A program made the translations under genes and the position numbers. The notes under the pieces were generated by a model. That model was not told the origin of the DNA. It was given only the letters and a program-made list of their open reading frames with translations, and searched no databases. A stretch of DNA of 64,000 nucleotides from Rhynchopus sp. YZ270_cl-10 (taxonomy: Eukaryota), in assembly GCA_964035575.1 (NCBI GenBank), contig OZ037842.1, positions 1,302,001-1,366,000 of the forward strand. The letters run 5' to 3'. Shown one piece after another: positions 46,448 through 59,320 of this stretch (position 1 is the stretch's first letter; each line of letters begins with the position of its first letter).

Positions 46448-47297
46448 GCCTTTCGTGCCATTTTTCTGATCAAAAAAAAAAGGGGGGGTGGGGAAGGGAG
46501 ATGCGGTGAAGGCAAATAAAAGCAAAAAAAAGGAAAGGAAAAAAAAGGAGATAAAACAGAAGAGGGGAATGTGAGGATGGGGTTTGGTGTAGCACATTTT
46601 TTTAAAAAATAAACGCCAAAAGAAGGTTGGTAAACCTTCTGCACAGCGAATAACAATTTTTTTTTATTCCCCCCCCTCCCTCGCTCCCCCCGGGATGGGA
46701 TACCCCCCATTTTTTTTTCGATATTTTTCTTCTTTTAGGCCCCCCTCAGAGTGGATATTTTGTGGGAAAATAACTTAAGAACGTGTAACAAGGCACAAAA
46801 AAGGTTCCTCTCATCCCTTCCAAGATGAGTGTTGTCTCTCGAGACATATTCACCCCCTCTTTTTGAGCAGGTTCAACCTTTCAACTAAGAGATCTCGTAT
46901 CGAAAAAATAAAGAAAAAGATCCTTTCGCGTTTTTTGGATTGTTCAATTCTTTTCAATCCGGTAAATTCGAGCCATAGGAATTTAATTTGCTTTTGGTTG
47001 GAGTGGGTGAACTGCAGTCCTCTACCAACCTTACCCACCCCCAAAACCACTCCTTGTTAAACAGCAACGACCGTTTTTTTTTTATATATTTTTTATAAAA
47101 AAAGTGCACACAAATTCTTTTTTATCAGATGTAAACCACGAAAAATAGATGATTTTGGGTCCCGGTACAGCTGGTACAGTACTAAAGGTACTGTTGAGAG
47201 CTTTGCATTTCAACTTTTTATTCCTCAAACAACAATACCCCAATCCACTATAAAGTACACCAAATAGGGACACACAAATAATCGAACCCCCATTAAA

Positions 47298-48957
47298 ATG
47301 AGCGAGGAGGCTGAGATGGAAATAGAGGCTCTAGAAGCCATCTACGGAGATGAGCTGCAGGTGTTGGAGGCTGGCAAGCGGATATCAGTGCAGGTTGTGG
47401 ATCCAAACGATGACGACCTTGACACAGCAAGTATGCATTTTTTTTCAATTTAATTCTGACAGTACCTTCAATGTGAAAGAGGCCCCCTCAGCTCCAGGTG
47501 GTGGTGCGGCACGTGAAGAACTGCCTGCGGGTGTAGCCCGGTTTTGGCGTCGGTTTTACCCTGAGCAAGGGTCGTCACAGCCTCGGTGCAGAATTTCGTT
47601 TCGCAGAGGACGGCGCACGCGATGTTCTCCTTGCGGTCGCATCACCGCTTCACCCTTCGCGACGTTTGACCACGTCTGTCCACATCCCGTTCTTGCAGCG
47701 CGCTGTACCTTTGTGCTGTTTGCTGCCAAGGTAGTAGGATAACTGAGGGGCTTTTGTCCTCACCCCTCCGATGCGCAAGATCGTTTTCAGTCGACACATT
47801 TTTTTTTTCACTTCCACTTCTTTCAACGCTGATAGGTACTTCATCTGTACCGTTTGCCCTCTCATTTGGGAGCTGTGTATATGGTACCAATTGTGTGTCA
47901 CGGTTGACTGTAGGAGACGGTGGTGAATTAGATTTCAAAGTTTCTTTTGTTTATGAAGTCAGATTCATTTTCTTTTTTTTCCCGCTTTCAAAAAACACGC
48001 AAATACAGTGCGAATTGAAATGAAAATGGAGTTTACAGAGAACTACCCAGAGGAGGTGCCTATCATCTCTGTGCGAGGCATGAAGCAGTTGACCCGTGCA
48101 CAGGTGGACCCTCTTCACCACCTTCTGAAGGAGAAGGGCGAGGAGCTTCTTGGGCAGCAGATGGTCTACGAGCTGGCGACGTACCTGCAGGAGTGGATGG
48201 CGAATGGTGCGGAGGACCCGAACAAGAAGGAGGGCGGGTTTGAAGGGCAGAAGATGGTCATCGAGAACAACGTTAAGCACGGCACACCAGTTAGCAGGGA
48301 AAATTTTGCGTCGTGGCTGGAGGGTATGTTCCTTTTTCACCCCTTTTTTACACTTTTTTTTGGTCACAACTTACAACGATTCATCACCCAATCCATTCAT
48401 CTGGCGAGGTGCACATTCATCTACACACCCCACCACAGTCTACGAAGCTGACCGTGCAAAAACACTCCGTGTTAAACTCATCAAAGTCGACGATAAGGGT
48501 GAGGTCAAGCTGTCGGGACGCCAAATATTTGATAAAGCAATCAACACTGTTGACTGGGACCTGTTCAAGGGTATGTCTTTTTCCTCTCTTTTTTCTGATA
48601 TCAAAAAGATCGGGTCTTTTGTTTGTGCGCTCAAAGCCGGGGGACTAAAATTGCAACGTAAGAAAACTTGCCCGTTTTTTTTTCTTCAAAAAAAGGTCTC
48701 ATCTATTCTTCTATCACCTACCTTTTAATTAAGGTGATTAAGCACGAGAGGCTTAGGTTCATCTTATAAACTTTTCTTTAATTCCCCCAGTTAAGCCCTT
48801 CCCTACCAATCCTTATTCAACCCCATTAAAACCCCATTTTTTGCAAACACCCATTTTGCTTTCAGATGGAGAGGTGGCTGATGAAGATATCCCTGATTTT
48901 GGTGATGACGACGACGACGATGTCGATGTCGACGACGAAGAAACCGAGGAGAGCTGA
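47298..48957 (+). CDS. RWDD1: RWD domain protein RWDD1/Gir2 (DFRP2); exons 47298-47430, 48009-48323, 48439-48570, 48866-48957
   Basis: EIEALEAIY, YPEEVP, LGQQMVYEL, GTPVSRENF..W, KLSGRQIF, acidic tail; introns keep frame. Confidence 0.88.
48733..48776 (+). other. Type example of the recurrent sense-strand stem-loop motif GGTGA-CTAAGC-ACGAGAG-GCTTAG-GT-TCATCT
   Basis: About 30 variants across introns and intergenic regions (see findings). Confidence 0.75.
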
Positions 48958-49515
48958 ACGTGTCGTGGGGTGTGGGTTGGGAGGGGGGCGGGGCAGGCGG
49001 GGGGGAGGGTGGATGGGCGTTTATATTTTTAGAGTCGTTAAGCCACCCACCAGATCAACGAACATCACTGTGGGAACGGGAGGTTTTTTTGGTGACTAAG
49101 CACAAATCTTAGGTTCATCTTATAAACCTTTCTTTTTTTTTTTTTACCCGTTTTGAAAATGCATAGTGCAAACCAGAGGGAAAGCATATTTGTCGGTAGT
49201 AACAAAATGCCATATAATGGACCAAAAAAAAAGGAACCACCACCCCCAATTTTTTTCCCAACCGGGCCCTACATCACACATGATTCATCCCTGATGTTCG
49301 CATGATGGTCAAGCCCCGGTACAGCCGGTCATACCAAGGTACACTGTCCACGAGAGGGCTGTTGTATTTCAAGCCAACCTTTTTTAAAACCAAGGGTAGT
49401 CATGAAAACAGGGAACGCCTCGGAGAGGGGGTATGCATCTCATGACCACATCACTCTTACAGCCACTTCCTCCTCCTCCTCCCTTTTCACACCCCCGCAC
49501 TTTCATTTCAGCACA

Positions 49516-49869
49516 ATGAGCGATCCTATCGACCCTGTTGAGCTTGGAGCCAAGCTTGTGACACTGCGTAATGCTAAGAAGCCACGGGAGGCTTGTGACC
49601 TGTTAATCACGGATGAGACTGTCATGGTGTGTCCAACGATGTTCAGCAGCGAAACACTGAAAGGGAAGGAGGCAATCCTGAAGAGGTGGAAGAAGGAGGA
49701 CCTCGACAACCATAAGATTGCCAAGGAGACCGTCTTTAAGCTTGTCAAGCCCCTCGTTGTCACTCGCGAAATCACTGCCGAGGTCATGTTCATGCACTTC
49801 AGATTCAAACAAACCCTCACCTTCAGAGCTGACGGCAAGATCGCAAAGAGTGTTGTCGAGAAGATCTGA
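49516..49869 (+). CDS. Small NTF2/SnoaL-like fold protein
   Basis: 117 aa with LKGKEAI..W and TFRADGKI patterns typical of SnoaL-like domains. Confidence 0.65.
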   Translation: MSDPIDPVELGAKLVTLRNAKKPREACDLLITDETVMVCPTMFSSETLKGKEAILKRWKKEDLDNHKIAKETVFKLVKPLVVTREITAEVMFMHFRFKQTLTFRADGKIAKSVVEKI

Positions 49870-51734
49870 TTCTGTTTTGAAGCTATTTAGAAGCAGGGTT
49901 GAAAAACAAAAACAAAAAAAAAAGGGGTGTCTTTTTCAAACGCCCTGTGATGCATCTTTCTTCTAGTTTTTTCCCCCCTCCCAGAATTTTCAGAAGAAGA
50001 GGGCTTAGATTTAAGAACCTTATACGCAGGGCAAGACTGCATGCTGAAAATCAAAAGTTTTTTTTTGGGGGGGTCCACAACTAAAAACCAGGAACAATTT
50101 TGTTCTTCCAACTCTAATCTGTGCACAACGAAGACTGGGGCGGGGGGTGGGGTGGACAGGTTGTGCTTCTGAAAGATTTTTTTCTTCTTTCTTTTTCGCA
50201 CGATTTGACCTCCCCCCCCCCACCTTTTCTTAGTGCATTCCCCTCTAGGTTTGCTTTTTTCAAAAGACGACTAAATGCTTAAGGCATCGTACCAACCTTT
50301 CTTTTTTATGATATGTGCACGAGAGGCACATTCATCTTTTCGCATTTTTTATTTTACTTTTTTACAGCAAATCGAGAGGGGGCTTTCCCTCTTTTCTCTA
50401 TCTGTGTGTTTGCATCCGTTTAGTCCAGGACAAAAAAATATAGAACATAGCTCTCTGGGTTTTTAGCATTTTTTTCTTTTTTTTCCCCCCCTCATTTCCT
50501 CCCAAATATAGAGTTACATCCAACAGTCCATGGGAGCCTGAAATTATTCAGGGTTGAATCTTAATATTCCTTCTCATGAATCTTGGATGGGTGTGTACGT
50601 GGCAAGAACACAATGACCATGTGTCCCGGGTAACATTGATAAATAATATGCTTTTTCCACCTTATTTTGGCCTGATAGCAACTTCCGTCAAAACAACGCC
50701 CAACACCGCCAAAAATTAGGTGATTTTGTATCATGCTCGAGCATGTTACCGTTTAGCATATGATGTATCAAGGAAAATAATATGATACCCAGGTTCACGT
50801 GGTCACGTGTGTGGGGAGGGGGAGGGGGTGGTAGCTTCGTTCGCCCACAGCAGACGAGAGCCTTTGAATCTTTCCGATATGTGTGTGCGCGTTTGAGGCA
50901 CATTCATCTGTTCATCTGTTTTCTTTTTGTAAACTGTGAGCGTTGTTTCTTATTCGTTTTTTCTTTCTCTTCTCTCGTTGGCTGGGTTAGGAAGGTGGCA
51001 AAAAGTAAAAATAAAACAACACAATGATTTGTGTAAAAAATGGAGCATGTGGCAGCACAAACCACACCCCTTCAGGCCTAATTACTGTCTCAACCCCCGT
51101 TCATCTGACCGATGAGTAGAAGCGGGTGGAGGGCATGTCAAATGTAGGTCACGAAATGGACAGCATAGTTGCCACCCCTTGTTCTGATCACGCACGTAGT
51201 AGCAAAAAAATCTGCGAAAGCGGATATATTCTGCTGCTTTAACGTGATATTTCCACGCTTTCAAACAAAATAAATAAACTGAACAGAGTGACCTGTATTT
51301 AAAAACCAACCACAGGATTGTTTTGGTTTTCAGTGCGTCTTAGTTCGCTCATTGCTCAGAAAGAACCCCTTTGGTGGGAGTTCCGTTCCCTTCCTTTTTT
51401 CCCACACTGGAAACTACGTACGTGAAAGACTTAGCATCATCTTACCAACTTTTCTCTGATGACTAAGCACGAGGCTTAGGTTCATCCTTACCAAAAAAAA
51501 CACTCTTTTCTTTTCTGGACAAAAAAAAAAAGCAAAACAAAATAGACCCTAGGTTCCCCAAGCGGGTCCTTAGGCGATTGTCGAAAAAATAACTCTCTCA
51601 AACCCCCCATTTATTACAAAAAACCTCCCCACCCTCCCCCCTCCCCCCTCCCCACACATTCCAACAGAAAATGTAACACACTCTCATCTCTCTCTCTCTC
51701 TCTTTTTTGAGGTCCCTTTTTTTTCCTTTTCAAG

Positions 51735-54700
51735 ATGGAGTCTGAAGATACAGTGACAACGCGGGCGAGCAAGTTAGAGGCACGTGACTTAGGTGTGATG
51801 ATGCTTGCGATGATGTCACAGACGATCTCCACACCGTCAGGTCCTATGCTAGCGATGCACTTCTTGAAGCAGACCTTTGCGGAGAAGGGGGTGTTTGTGA
51901 GAGAGATGATGACTACTGCAATAGATGAAACTTCTTTTGTCGAGCTTGCGACCGAAATGAATTCACGGACCCGAGAGTCGAAGCAGCGAGAGGAGGCGTG
52001 CCTCCTCCGCGAAGACGTGCAGCACAGCAAACAAAGCGGGATCCGCTCCCCAAGCTCGCTTCTCAACTCTGCCATCAGACGGCAGTCAAAAAATAAGGCA
52101 ACATCGAGCGCGATAGACGAATTCAGTAATACAGCGGACCCGGCGATGCTGCAAAAGGGGTTTTCACATTTATTCCGATCCGTAGATCATGGCAACCGTG
52201 GTTTCATCTCTTGGGACCAACTGAGTATGTCGCTCATAAGCTGTGGTGCGCAAGGCTGGCTTGGAGAGGTCCACGCACCGTACGTTCCCTTCTATTTGGA
52301 GAATATGTACTGTCTCGCGCACCTCTCCTGTCTGCACTCCACTACAAACATCTCCCTAGCCATCAAGGAGGCACGCAAGCCGCAAGCAGACATGAACCTC
52401 AGAGGCAGAAGCAGACTCAAGCAAATCGCCAGCGGTGTCGTCTTTAACAATAACTTCCAAAAATCGATCGCAACGTCCCGCACACAACCAAAACAGCCCT
52501 CCTCTATGTCCGCCGACGACGAGCCCGTTGACGAAACCAAGATCGACACCGGCCTGGTACTCTCCCTCTGCAAAACCCACGCAGATTTTATTTCTCAGAA
52601 AAATGGGTTTAAACCTACTGTCAAATTTCAAACCCCGAGCACCGATGTGACAGGCCATTTGACATGCGTTTGCTATTTAGAACGGTTTAAGTCGGTTGCT
52701 ATTGGGTCTACCGACTGCCGCGTTCGATTTTATGAGTCTGAAACCGGACGACGTGTTATGTCCGAATCGAAGGTGGTTTTGACCTCCCCACCTACGTGCC
52801 TGGCGAGCACTAAGAACCTTCTTGTGGTCGGCTGCAGAGATGGCATGATCCGTTCTGCAGAAGGCCGTACCGGGTGCATCGCCGCTAACTGCGACTTTGT
52901 TTTAAAAGGCGCCCGCTATTTTGAAGACCGACCCACCACCACCACCTCCCCACGGGGCAACGCGACGGACCACACCCAGGTCACACAGCTCATCTCTGCG
53001 CGCGACATTGGCGTCTTCGCGGCTTTCTTCTCAGGTGTAATCCTATTGATCGACCCAGACACACTCTCCTGTCTGAAGCGCTTCGAAAAGCACAGCAACG
53101 GAGTCACCACCTTAGCATTTTGCAGAGAATACAAACTTCTGGTAAGCGCCGGGTTTGGGTGGGAGGTGCTCCTGTGGATGGTCTCTTGGTCGCGTGGTAA
53201 GCCTTTTAAGTTGGTCGATCGGAGTTCACCTCATGTGTCTACGGTGGTGGGGGTTGCTGTGGTGCCGGGAAATTGCTGGGTGGTTTCTGCAGACAAACGT
53301 GGTCTTGTAAAGGTGTGGGATGGGCGTACCTTACGCTGTCTCCAAAGCCTTGATATTGCGCGCGATGAAACCGCGCGGATTACTTCAAAAAAATTCACCA
53401 TCTCCTCTCTCTGTGTCGTCAAGCCCAAAGAAGGTACCTGGCAGATCGCTGTAGGAGGTGACCGTAGACTCTGGCTCCTTACACACAAAGAGCTTGCATT
53501 CCGCCGTGGTACCGATACATCACCTATCGTTAATGTCACGTACTCAGAGTTTTCGTCGCTCTTCTTTACCGCATCGTTGGAATCTGTTAAGACGTGGGAT
53601 TCCTCTTCAGGGGCGCTTCTCACCTCGAAAAGCACTGTGGTGAACAGTCATGTGTGTGAAACGGCGACGGTGTCTGCGTACGCGGTTGAGAAGATAGGCC
53701 GGCGTTACATTGTGGGGTATGTGAGCGGGTGTGTCGGGGTGTTCAACGCAACGTCTGGCGATCTGATCACTTTGGAGGATATGGGAAGCGAAGTGGTCGC
53801 AATTGAGTGCACCGATCAGCATATTGTTGTGGCAAGCCTCCACCAAATTGCTTTGCTCTGTGAGGGAACCGGTGCAGGGGTTGCAGGGTCGGATTTAACA
53901 GGAAACTCAGCCTGGACATTGAATATTGCGTTCAAAGCGAAGAAGGTGAGCGCACCGATAATAAACCGGACTGCCTCGATATCACCTCTTTCTGATGGAG
54001 GGGGCTGTTCGATGCAGACCATTCGCAATCATTTCAAAGCTATCAAAACGTTTAAGTCGCATAACACAGAGCTTATTTGCTATGTTTCTTCGCACGAACC
54101 GATTCAGATCTACCACTTCCCGACGTCACATTGTCATACCAGGTGGGGGCATTTTCAAAGCATCGATTCGCCCAGCTCTTTAGGTGAACCCACTACCGTT
54201 GCGTTGTGCGGTTTCACGCAGATCTTCCGGCAGCAGGAGGTCATAGCTGGGGTGGTGCAGACAGTACCAAACCGCGCATTGGTCATTGCAGTGGGGTATT
54301 CTGAAGGCGAACTGCTCATATGGTTGGTGTGCACGCTACCGGGTATCACCAATACTCTGTCAAAGACGCGAATTAAAGCGAGCGCCGACAAGGTGGTAGT
54401 ACCCTCGGCTATGGAGTACGATGCGCAGTCCTTTGGGCTCGTTCTCGGAGGCGATGCGGGGGAGCTTTGCGTATACAATGTGTGCCGTGTGGCACGACCC
54501 AAGCCGGTCTGGCAACGCCAAGCGCACGACGCAGTGGTTCTCTCTATTGTCATCGTCCACCGTACTGTTGTCACCTCTGGAGCGGACCATGCGGTGCGTA
54601 TATGGTCTCTCGCAGAAGGCGCTTTCATCGTAAAGCTCGAACCCAAAGCGAAAGGAAACATCCGCATCAACCTCCACGGGGAAGACACAACGCAGTCCCT

Positions 54701-56408
54701 CATGTCAAAGCTGAAGTCGCTTAACAAAGCAGACCGGCAGGACACCAATCTCTACGACGTCATCAAACAGTCTGCGGAACAGAGGAAACAACGTTCCGGT
54801 CGGAAGCTTGCAATAGACACTGAGGTGCCTGGAGAAGACGGCGAAGAGGACACACCGGAAGAAGGTAACGCCACACTCCAGCCGGGACGTCATGCAAGCA
54901 TCCTCCCACCCCACCAACGACAGCGCAGCATCATGCGCATTGGTGGTGCTGGAGAGAAGGGGGCACCCATACCGGACAGCCCCCGCAAGAACGTTACCAT
55001 CATGGGAAGTGATCCGCACCAGAGTCTGCCTATAGGTGGCATGCGTAGGGGTACCAAGACGTTGTCGCCGAAGTCGTTGTTGCAGCGCAGGCCTTCTACG
55101 GCGCAGACTGCAGGCGCGCCACACGAAGGCTTCTATCACAAACAGACCTACCTCAGTGGGGCCAGCACCTCGTATTCAGGCCTCAGTGCCTTTCAGCTTC
55201 CCGTCCAATTAACCTCGTTCGACCTCGTAAGGTTCTTTCTGTTGCTTGCAAATCGGAACACCAAAGAGCGTCCCCGGTTTCCTGTGAAAGCAGGTTTTGT
55301 CTTTGCTAGCTCGCCAAAGGCGGGAAAGGAGGTGACCTGTGCGTCGCCAAAGGCAGTGAAGGTGGGTTGTCGTGAGGTATATGTGTTGAAATTGAGTATT
55401 ATCGATATTATCGCGAATTATGTGAAACCGCATTTTGTGCAGAGCAAGAAGAAGAATATGCGGCCACATCGGGTGTCTTCGTTTGATATATTGGCGTTGC
55501 TGCACCGACGGCGCAAAACGTTGAACGGGCTGCAACAACAGGAGCGGAACCTACAGTCTACAATGCTCACAGCACAAAGCAGCCAGGTCACCAAAGGGGT
55601 ACACAAAGTACGTCTCGACCCATCTATGCGCTCCGCACGCAAGGAGGCCACAAACATCTCCATCTCGGGCCTCCTCTTCGACAGCAACCACACCACAGAC
55701 CCTTACCCAGAGGAGGACGCAGGCGAGGTGCTCCCCATGCCCTTGGCAGACCTCCTCACCTCCACAGCAACTGTCGTTTCGATTGCGGCATGTGTTCCGG
55801 CGTTGTTGGTGTGCAACTCTTATCTGGGTAAGACGTGGGTAGCTAGCGGAGGTCCTGCGCAGATCAGAGCATCTAGCGCCACGTCGTGTGTGGTAGGGAG
55901 GTCTGCGCCAATGAAGTTGCAGGCCAGCCCACAGAGTGCTGTTGCTTCTGCTGCGTTGTTGCGTAAGGCTGCAGCAAGGGCGACGTTGCTGTTCCCGAAG
56001 AAGCTTAGTGCTGCAGTGCGTGTGCCGCATTGTACAGTGGTGGCGACATCACCACGGCATGCACAACCCAAGCCCACCCACAGCGTCTTCGGCGGAACCA
56101 ACGAAGACCTCCTCGCTCTGCAGCAAGATGTGTACAACGCTGCCAACCCTTTGCACGACTTCTTCCCAGACTCATTCTACGGGAACAGCGAGCCAAAAGT
56201 GCAAGCGACAGAAGACATGGTAGAAAAGGAAATTCCGGTCTACGTTCAAAGCTCGATGCTCCCGTCGCGTGCGAAGATGTTGCAGAAAAGGAGGTTCAAT
56301 ACGGAGAGCGTGAAGAAACGGAAGCTGTCGCATTCAGAGCTGATGGAGCAGGCGTTGATGAGTTCGAAGCCTGCAGGGGCTGCGTTGCCGAGGTGTTTCA
56401 CTCGGTGA
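51735..56408 (+). CDS. Large EF-hand + WD40 repeat protein (WDR49/EFCAB8-like architecture)
   Basis: LFRSVDHGNRGFISWDQL EF-hand; many WD repeats (VVSADKRGLVKVWD, VTSGADHAVRIWS); low-complexity tail. Confidence 0.82.
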   Translation: MESEDTVTTRASKLEARDLGVMMLAMMSQTISTPSGPMLAMHFLKQTFAEKGVFVREMMTTAIDETSFVELATEMNSRTRESKQREEACLLREDVQHSKQSGIRSPSSLLNSAIRRQSKNKATSSAIDEFSNTADPAMLQKGFSHLFRSVDHGNRGFISWDQLSMSLISCGAQGWLGEVHAPYVPFYLENMYCLAHLSCLHSTTNISLAIKEARKPQADMNLRGRSRLKQIASGVVFNNNFQKSIATSRTQPKQPSSMSADDEPVDETKIDTGLVLSLCKTHADFISQKNGFKPTVKFQTPSTDVTGHLTCVCYLERFKSVAIGSTDCRVRFYESETGRRVMSESKVVLTSPPTCLASTKNLLVVGCRDGMIRSAEGRTGCIAANCDFVLKGARYFEDRPTTTTSPRGNATDHTQVTQLISARDIGVFAAFFSGVILLIDPDTLSCLKRFEKHSNGVTTLAFCREYKLLVSAGFGWEVLLWMVSWSRGKPFKLVDRSSPHVSTVVGVAVVPGNCWVVSADKRGLVKVWDGRTLRCLQSLDIARDETARITSKKFTISSLCVVKPKEGTWQIAVGGDRRLWLLTHKELAFRRGTDTSPIVNVTYSEFSSLFFTASLESVKTWDSSSGALLTSKSTVVNSHVCETATVSAYAVEKIGRRYIVGYVSGCVGVFNATSGDLITLEDMGSEVVAIECTDQHIVVASLHQIALLCEGTGAGVAGSDLTGNSAWTLNIAFKAKKVSAPIINRTASISPLSDGGGCSMQTIRNHFKAIKTFKSHNTELICYVSSHEPIQIYHFPTSHCHTRWGHFQSIDSPSSLGEPTTVALCGFTQIFRQQEVIAGVVQTVPNRALVIAVGYSEGELLIWLVCTLPGITNTLSKTRIKASADKVVVPSAMEYDAQSFGLVLGGDAGELCVYNVCRVARPKPVWQRQAHDAVVLSIVIVHRTVVTSGADHAVRIWSLAEGAFIVKLEPKAKGNIRINLHGEDTTQSLMSKLKSLNKADRQDTNLYDVIKQSAEQRKQRSGRKLAIDTEVPGEDGEEDTPEEGNATLQPGRHASILPPHQRQRSIMRIGGAGEKGAPIPDSPRKNVTIMGSDPHQSLPIGGMRRGTKTLSPKSLLQRRPSTAQTAGAPHEGFYHKQTYLSGASTSYSGLSAFQLPVQLTSFDLVRFFLLLANRNTKERPRFPVKAGFVFASSPKAGKEVTCASPKAVKVGCREVYVLKLSIIDIIANYVKPHFVQSKKKNMRPHRVSSFDILALLHRRRKTLNGLQQQERNLQSTMLTAQSSQVTKGVHKVRLDPSMRSARKEATNISISGLLFDSNHTTDPYPEEDAGEVLPMPLADLLTSTATVVSIAACVPALLVCNSYLGKTWVASGGPAQIRASSATSCVVGRSAPMKLQASPQSAVASAALLRKAAARATLLFPKKLSAAVRVPHCTVVATSPRHAQPKPTHSVFGGTNEDLLALQQDVYNAANPLHDFFPDSFYGNSEPKVQATEDMVEKEIPVYVQSSMLPSRAKMLQKRRFNTESVKKRKLSHSELMEQALMSSKPAGAALPRCFTR

Positions 56409-56854
56409 TGCTGTTTGGGGCTTGCGAATAGAGTGAACAGGAGCGTGCTGCATGGTTGTACCCTCTTCTGCCTGCGTGGCTAACAGAGGAATGCGTACAG
56501 CTTGAGGGCCTGTTGTGTTATTGACTAAGGTGACCAAGCATGAGAGGCATCATCAACGGCATTGAGCTAAAAGATGTGGGCTTTGTTTCCAGTCATTTTT
56601 TGTGTTTTTAAGTTCTCTTTTTAACCTGTTCGCCATGGCAATTGCCCCTTTCTTCTACCCTGTTCATACCCTCTCAGAGGTGCTTTCGCACGCTAGAGGG
56701 GGTTTGTGCTACTAAACAGCTGACGTTTTAAAAACAAAAACGATAGCAACACCTTTGACCTTCATCTTGTTGCCTCAACTCCCATCTCCCAATCAATATG
56801 ACGTCAACAGAATTCAACCTTTATTTAACCTCGCAAACACCAAAGACAATGACG

Positions 56855-57616
56855 ATGTCGAAGCTCGCCCTTCTGCTCCTGCTTGGCGTGTCGGTGACCG
56901 CAAAGGACATCAGCCACTACGGCGGGTACTACAGAGTGGAGTGCCAGAGCGTGCGCATCCTGGCAAACGTGCAGATCACAGAGTCGGTTCCGAACCAGAG
57001 CTTCATCACCCGGCCGCTGTTTGAGCTGCCGATTGACATCCCATGCCAGCCTGCAGACATCCTGACGTATGTGCCCGACATTGTGGCAGTGGTGGAGGAC
57101 TGCAGGGCTGCCTTCCCGTTCAACGAGGAGGAGTGCGACGCATTGGGCGTCAACATGCTTACGGCTGCGGCGAACGTGATGACATTCGTGAACGCGAAGT
57201 TCAGCGGTATTGTGAGCCTGGACGTTGCTGCCGCAGGAAACTCGTACGGCATGCACGACTCGGACCTGTCGGTGACGTGGGACGCCGACTCCAGCACGTC
57301 TGACTTCGCTGTGCACGTGTCTGAGGGCAAAAGCTTCTGGGGATGGGTTCCCGTGAAAGAGGGGAAGTTCCTGAAGGTGTCTGGCGTGCCGCTTCCGCTT
57401 GTGGAGGGTGACATTTCATGCGCTGCAACTGCGATGGTGGTTGCTGCCGGTGAGGTGCGTACAGGGGACATGGACCTGAAACTGTCTGCCGACCTCTCTG
57501 TGCTGTGCAACGGTCTTTCCCACACCGACGCTGCGACTAACAAGACCACAAGCCTGGTCAGGGCTGGTGTCACAATGACAGTTGTCACCTCTGGTGTCAA
57601 GGTGCCTGTGTACTAA
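56855..57616 (+). CDS. Secreted hypothetical protein
   Basis: Signal peptide MSKLALLLLLGVSVTA; GC3-rich codons; no family recognised. Confidence 0.75.
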   Translation: MSKLALLLLLGVSVTAKDISHYGGYYRVECQSVRILANVQITESVPNQSFITRPLFELPIDIPCQPADILTYVPDIVAVVEDCRAAFPFNEEECDALGVNMLTAAANVMTFVNAKFSGIVSLDVAAAGNSYGMHDSDLSVTWDADSSTSDFAVHVSEGKSFWGWVPVKEGKFLKVSGVPLPLVEGDISCAATAMVVAAGEVRTGDMDLKLSADLSVLCNGLSHTDAATNKTTSLVRAGVTMTVVTSGVKVPVY

Positions 57617-58579
57617 AGTAAGATACCGTGAACCGTGATATATAACTATTCCTCTCCTCCCTTCCACTTCCACTTCCTTTTTCCTCTCGCTCCACACCCT
57701 TTTTGTTGTTTCATGTGTTGTGTCCTGAAGGACACAGCAGCGTGAGAACTTAGCTCTTTTTTTTTAACCATAACAACATTACCACTCTCAGACTCTACAC
57801 TGCTCTGGCACTGCAGGCATGTTGCACATGAAAACGCAGCGTGTCTGAGTTGCTCTTGCTGTGTTTTGTGGTGGAAATGCTGGACACACGATACCATCAA
57901 GAATCGTGTGTTTCCCAGACACAGATATCACTGCACCAGGTGTTTTTGTCAAGGAAGCATCTTCTGCAGATATTCCTCCCTCCATTTTTGTACAGATGAA
58001 CGTGCCGTGATGCACAGGTCATCTTTCAATCTTTTCTTTTTACCATCTTGCTGGATGCGATTCTTGCACCAGCCTTACTGATCCATGTTTTGCGAATACT
58101 GTATTTCAGTAGTTTTTCGCTGAGCAATTTTATATTGTGTCGGTATGCGCCATGTGTGGCTCGTCCATCTTTGCCAAGCATTAACTTTTTAGATATGTGC
58201 CTACGAGGCACGTTCATCTTTCAAGTTTTCTTCTTTTTACCCAACGTTACGCACGCCCACGTGAAAGAGTCTTGTACCCTTGCATGAAACACATTGGTGA
58301 TACCCTGTGTTAGAAGGGTTTCGGTTCTTTTGCACGGCTGCATCTCTTTTGTTGTGCCGCGAAAGCATGTTCCGACCAATTGTGGCATTGTTTGAACAAC
58401 TGTTGTTGGTGGTGTGCCCATAGAGGTGCTGTGCTACCTTCACCTGCATGTTTACATTCATTTGCTGCAGCTCGTATCTCATCTGCTGCCGAGAAATGCA
58501 TTGTGCTGTGGCGCAGTGTGGGATACATCAGAGCAGGGCGCTGATTGGTTTGTGGTTCTTTTTTTTTTGTGACAACTGC

Positions 58580-58800
58580 CTTGCAAAGGTTGTAGGGGAG
58601 GAAATGAAAACATATCTGAGTTGTGCCCGAATTTTTTTGGTGTGAGCGATGTAAACACGACACAACTTATCCACAGAAAAGTTTTTGATTTTGTCCCTAC
58701 ACACTCCACAAAAATCCGGTGCGATCAACGAAAAATTCTTTTTCTGATTTCGTTTCTTTCTTTATCAGACTAGCTTAAACTCAGATAACAGTTTTTATTT
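58580..58800. repeat. Inverted copy of the 8655-8865 repeat
   Basis: See 8655-8865. Confidence 0.85.
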
Positions 58801-59320
58801 TGTGACAGCGAACTGTGCACGAACCTAGTGTCCAGTACCACGTGTTGCGCGTTTGCTTCCATGCAGGTCTCCTTTGCTCCCACATGTTCCCCGAAGTCTT
58901 CGCTTTCGGGAGAAGTTGTACTGGCAATGTACTGTCTCTTGCTTGCCCTGTGATGCAAGAGCGGTTTGTTGTCAGCCCTTCTGTTTTGTTGGCACTTTCA
59001 ACTACATTTTATTTTCTTTTACCCGACCCCTGCTCCCTTTTTTTTTGCATGCGACCCCACAAAACCCTTGGTGAAACATCAACACGCCACCTCTCTCCAC
59101 ATCTTTGTGTGGAAAAGAAACCAGCCGTGGCGAAGACAAGATACCTCCCCCTTTTTTGCCTCATTCATGACACAAACGGGATCACCAACGAACACGGGTT
59201 TATTCATTAGTTTCAGCTTCGCAAAAATCATCAAAAACCCATCGACACAAAATAACACAGACCCCACCCTTATTTCTTTCCCCCCTACCCCTCACTCTCC
59301 ACTTATTCCTGACAGAAAAC

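Noticed and set aside
47470..47740. GC-rich coding-like stretch in RWDD1 intron 1
   Set aside because: No recognisable domain in the frames examined, and the RWD domain is complete without it.
48733..48776. H/ACA-like snoRNA or hammerhead ribozyme identity for the stem-loop motif
   Set aside because: No AGA/ACA box at the expected position and no CUGANGA..GAAA core.
57995..58025. Stem-loop motif copy counted toward strand bias
   Set aside because: Reads plausibly on either strand, so it was left out as ambiguous.
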